A DNA stretch of 16,405 nucleotides, from NCBI GenBank assembly GCA_963844035.1, contig CAWJMT010000015.1:1-16405 (forward strand), read 5' to 3'. The stretch's first letter is position 1. Each line of letters begins with the position of its first letter. The notes under the pieces were generated by a model, which did not search any database, was not told the DNA's origin, and saw nothing but the letters and a program-made list of their open reading frames with translations. Of this stretch, positions 15,625-16,405 are shown piece after piece. A program made the position numbers and the translations under genes. This stretch comes from an uncultured Gemmatimonadales bacterium. GTDB taxonomy: Bacteria > Gemmatimonadota > Gemmatimonadetes > Gemmatimonadales > GWC2-71-9.

Positions 15625-16189
15625 ATGCGCAAACTCTCGGTTTTCAATCATGTGACGCTCGATGGCTACTTCGTGGGCGCGAACGGCGACATGAGCTGGG
15701 CTCACAAGGACAGCGGGGATGCGGAGTGGAGCGCGTTTGTCGCCGAGAATGCCGGCGGCGGCGGGGTGCTCGTGTTCGGGCGGATTACCTATCAGATGAT
15801 GGCGAGCTATTGGCCGACACCGATGGCGACGCAAGACGATCCGGCGGTGGCGGAGCGCATGAATGCGCTGCCGAAGGTGGTGTTCTCGCGCACGCTCGAC
15901 ACCGTGTCGTGGAGCAACACCACGCTCGTGAAGAGCGGTCTGGTCGCGGAAATCCGGAAGCTCAAGGCCCAATCCGGACCGGACCTGGTAGTCCTGGGGA
16001 GCGGGACGATTGTGGCGCAATTGGCCCCCGAGGGATTGATCGACGAATACCAGATCCTGCTCAATCCCCTCGCCCTCGGCACGGAGAAACATCGTCGAGG
16101 GGGTCAAGAACAAGGTGGCGCTGAAGCTCAACAACACGCGCACCTTCAAGAACGGGAAGGTCCTGCTGTCGTATGGCCCGATAGCCTGA
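15625..16189 (+). pseudogene. Dihydrofolate reductase family / RibD C-terminal domain gene with a frameshift near 16084-16095, possibly a sequencing error
   Basis: AGGAGG RBS; MRKLSVFNHVTLDGYF...FGRITYQMMASYWPT...PKVVFSRTL...LGSGTIV...GLIDEYQILLNP. The family-like C-terminus VEGVKNKVALKLNNTRTFKNGKVLLSYGPIA* continues in the next frame to TGA 16187-16189. Confidence 0.85.
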
Positions 16190-16198
16190 CGGATCGAC

Positions 16199-16402
16199 GT
16201 GGGTGACGCGGTTGTTGTTGGGTTCGCAGGTGTCACCCTCGCCGGCCTCGCGCTCGTGGGGTTCGGCGTCGTGCGGCGCGCCCGCACGCCGCTGACCCTC
16301 GGCGCCGCGCTGCTCGGTAGCGCGGCCGGCGTCTGGGTGTTCGGCCCGGCGGGGGCATCGGTCGGTCTGGTGGCGCTCGCAGTCGCGTGGCGTGGACGGT
16401 GA
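16199..16402 (+). CDS. Small hydrophobic membrane protein, hypothetical
   Basis: 67 aa with up to three hydrophobic segments separated by Arg clusters; starts 9 nt after the corrected RibD-C stop. Confidence 0.5.
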   Translation: MGDAVVVGFAGVTLAGLALVGFGVVRRARTPLTLGAALLGSAAGVWVFGPAGASVGLVALAVAWRGR

Positions 16403-16405
16403 AAT

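Noticed and set aside
16090..16206. C-terminal tail HRRGGQEQGG... of the listed 15574-16206 ORF
   Set aside because: It is an out-of-frame product of the frameshift; the family-like C-terminus ends at 16189.

Overview
GC-rich, gene-dense bacterial window. The gene families suggest Gemmatimonadota or a similar soil lineage, which is an inference. Positions 1-9441 (+) hold the C-terminal PD40/TolB-like part of a probable Ser/Thr kinase, a frameshifted DUF1572 gene, a RibD-C/DHFR-like protein, three hypothetical proteins (secreted, beta-propeller, membrane), a diheme cytochrome c, a long U32-family RlhA-like RNA hydroxylase, a DinB protein and an AAC(6')-I-like acetyltransferase. Positions 9494-14301 (-) form a three-gene module: a STAND ATPase-TPR regulator with its wHTH+BTAD domain at the C-terminus, an unknown lipoprotein and a DinB protein. 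Three phased GTAAGC direct repeats and an RBS-covering hairpin sit directly upstream of the lipoprotein gene. Positions 14421-16402 (+) hold a polyproline membrane protein, a DUF922 lipoprotein, a second (frameshifted) RibD-C gene and a small membrane ORF. Three clear frameshifts and one possible one look most like long-read errors. I found no RNA genes, CRISPR arrays, IS elements or attC sites. The best candidate for an undescribed system is the inverted-SARP regulator / GTAAGC repeat / lipoprotein module.
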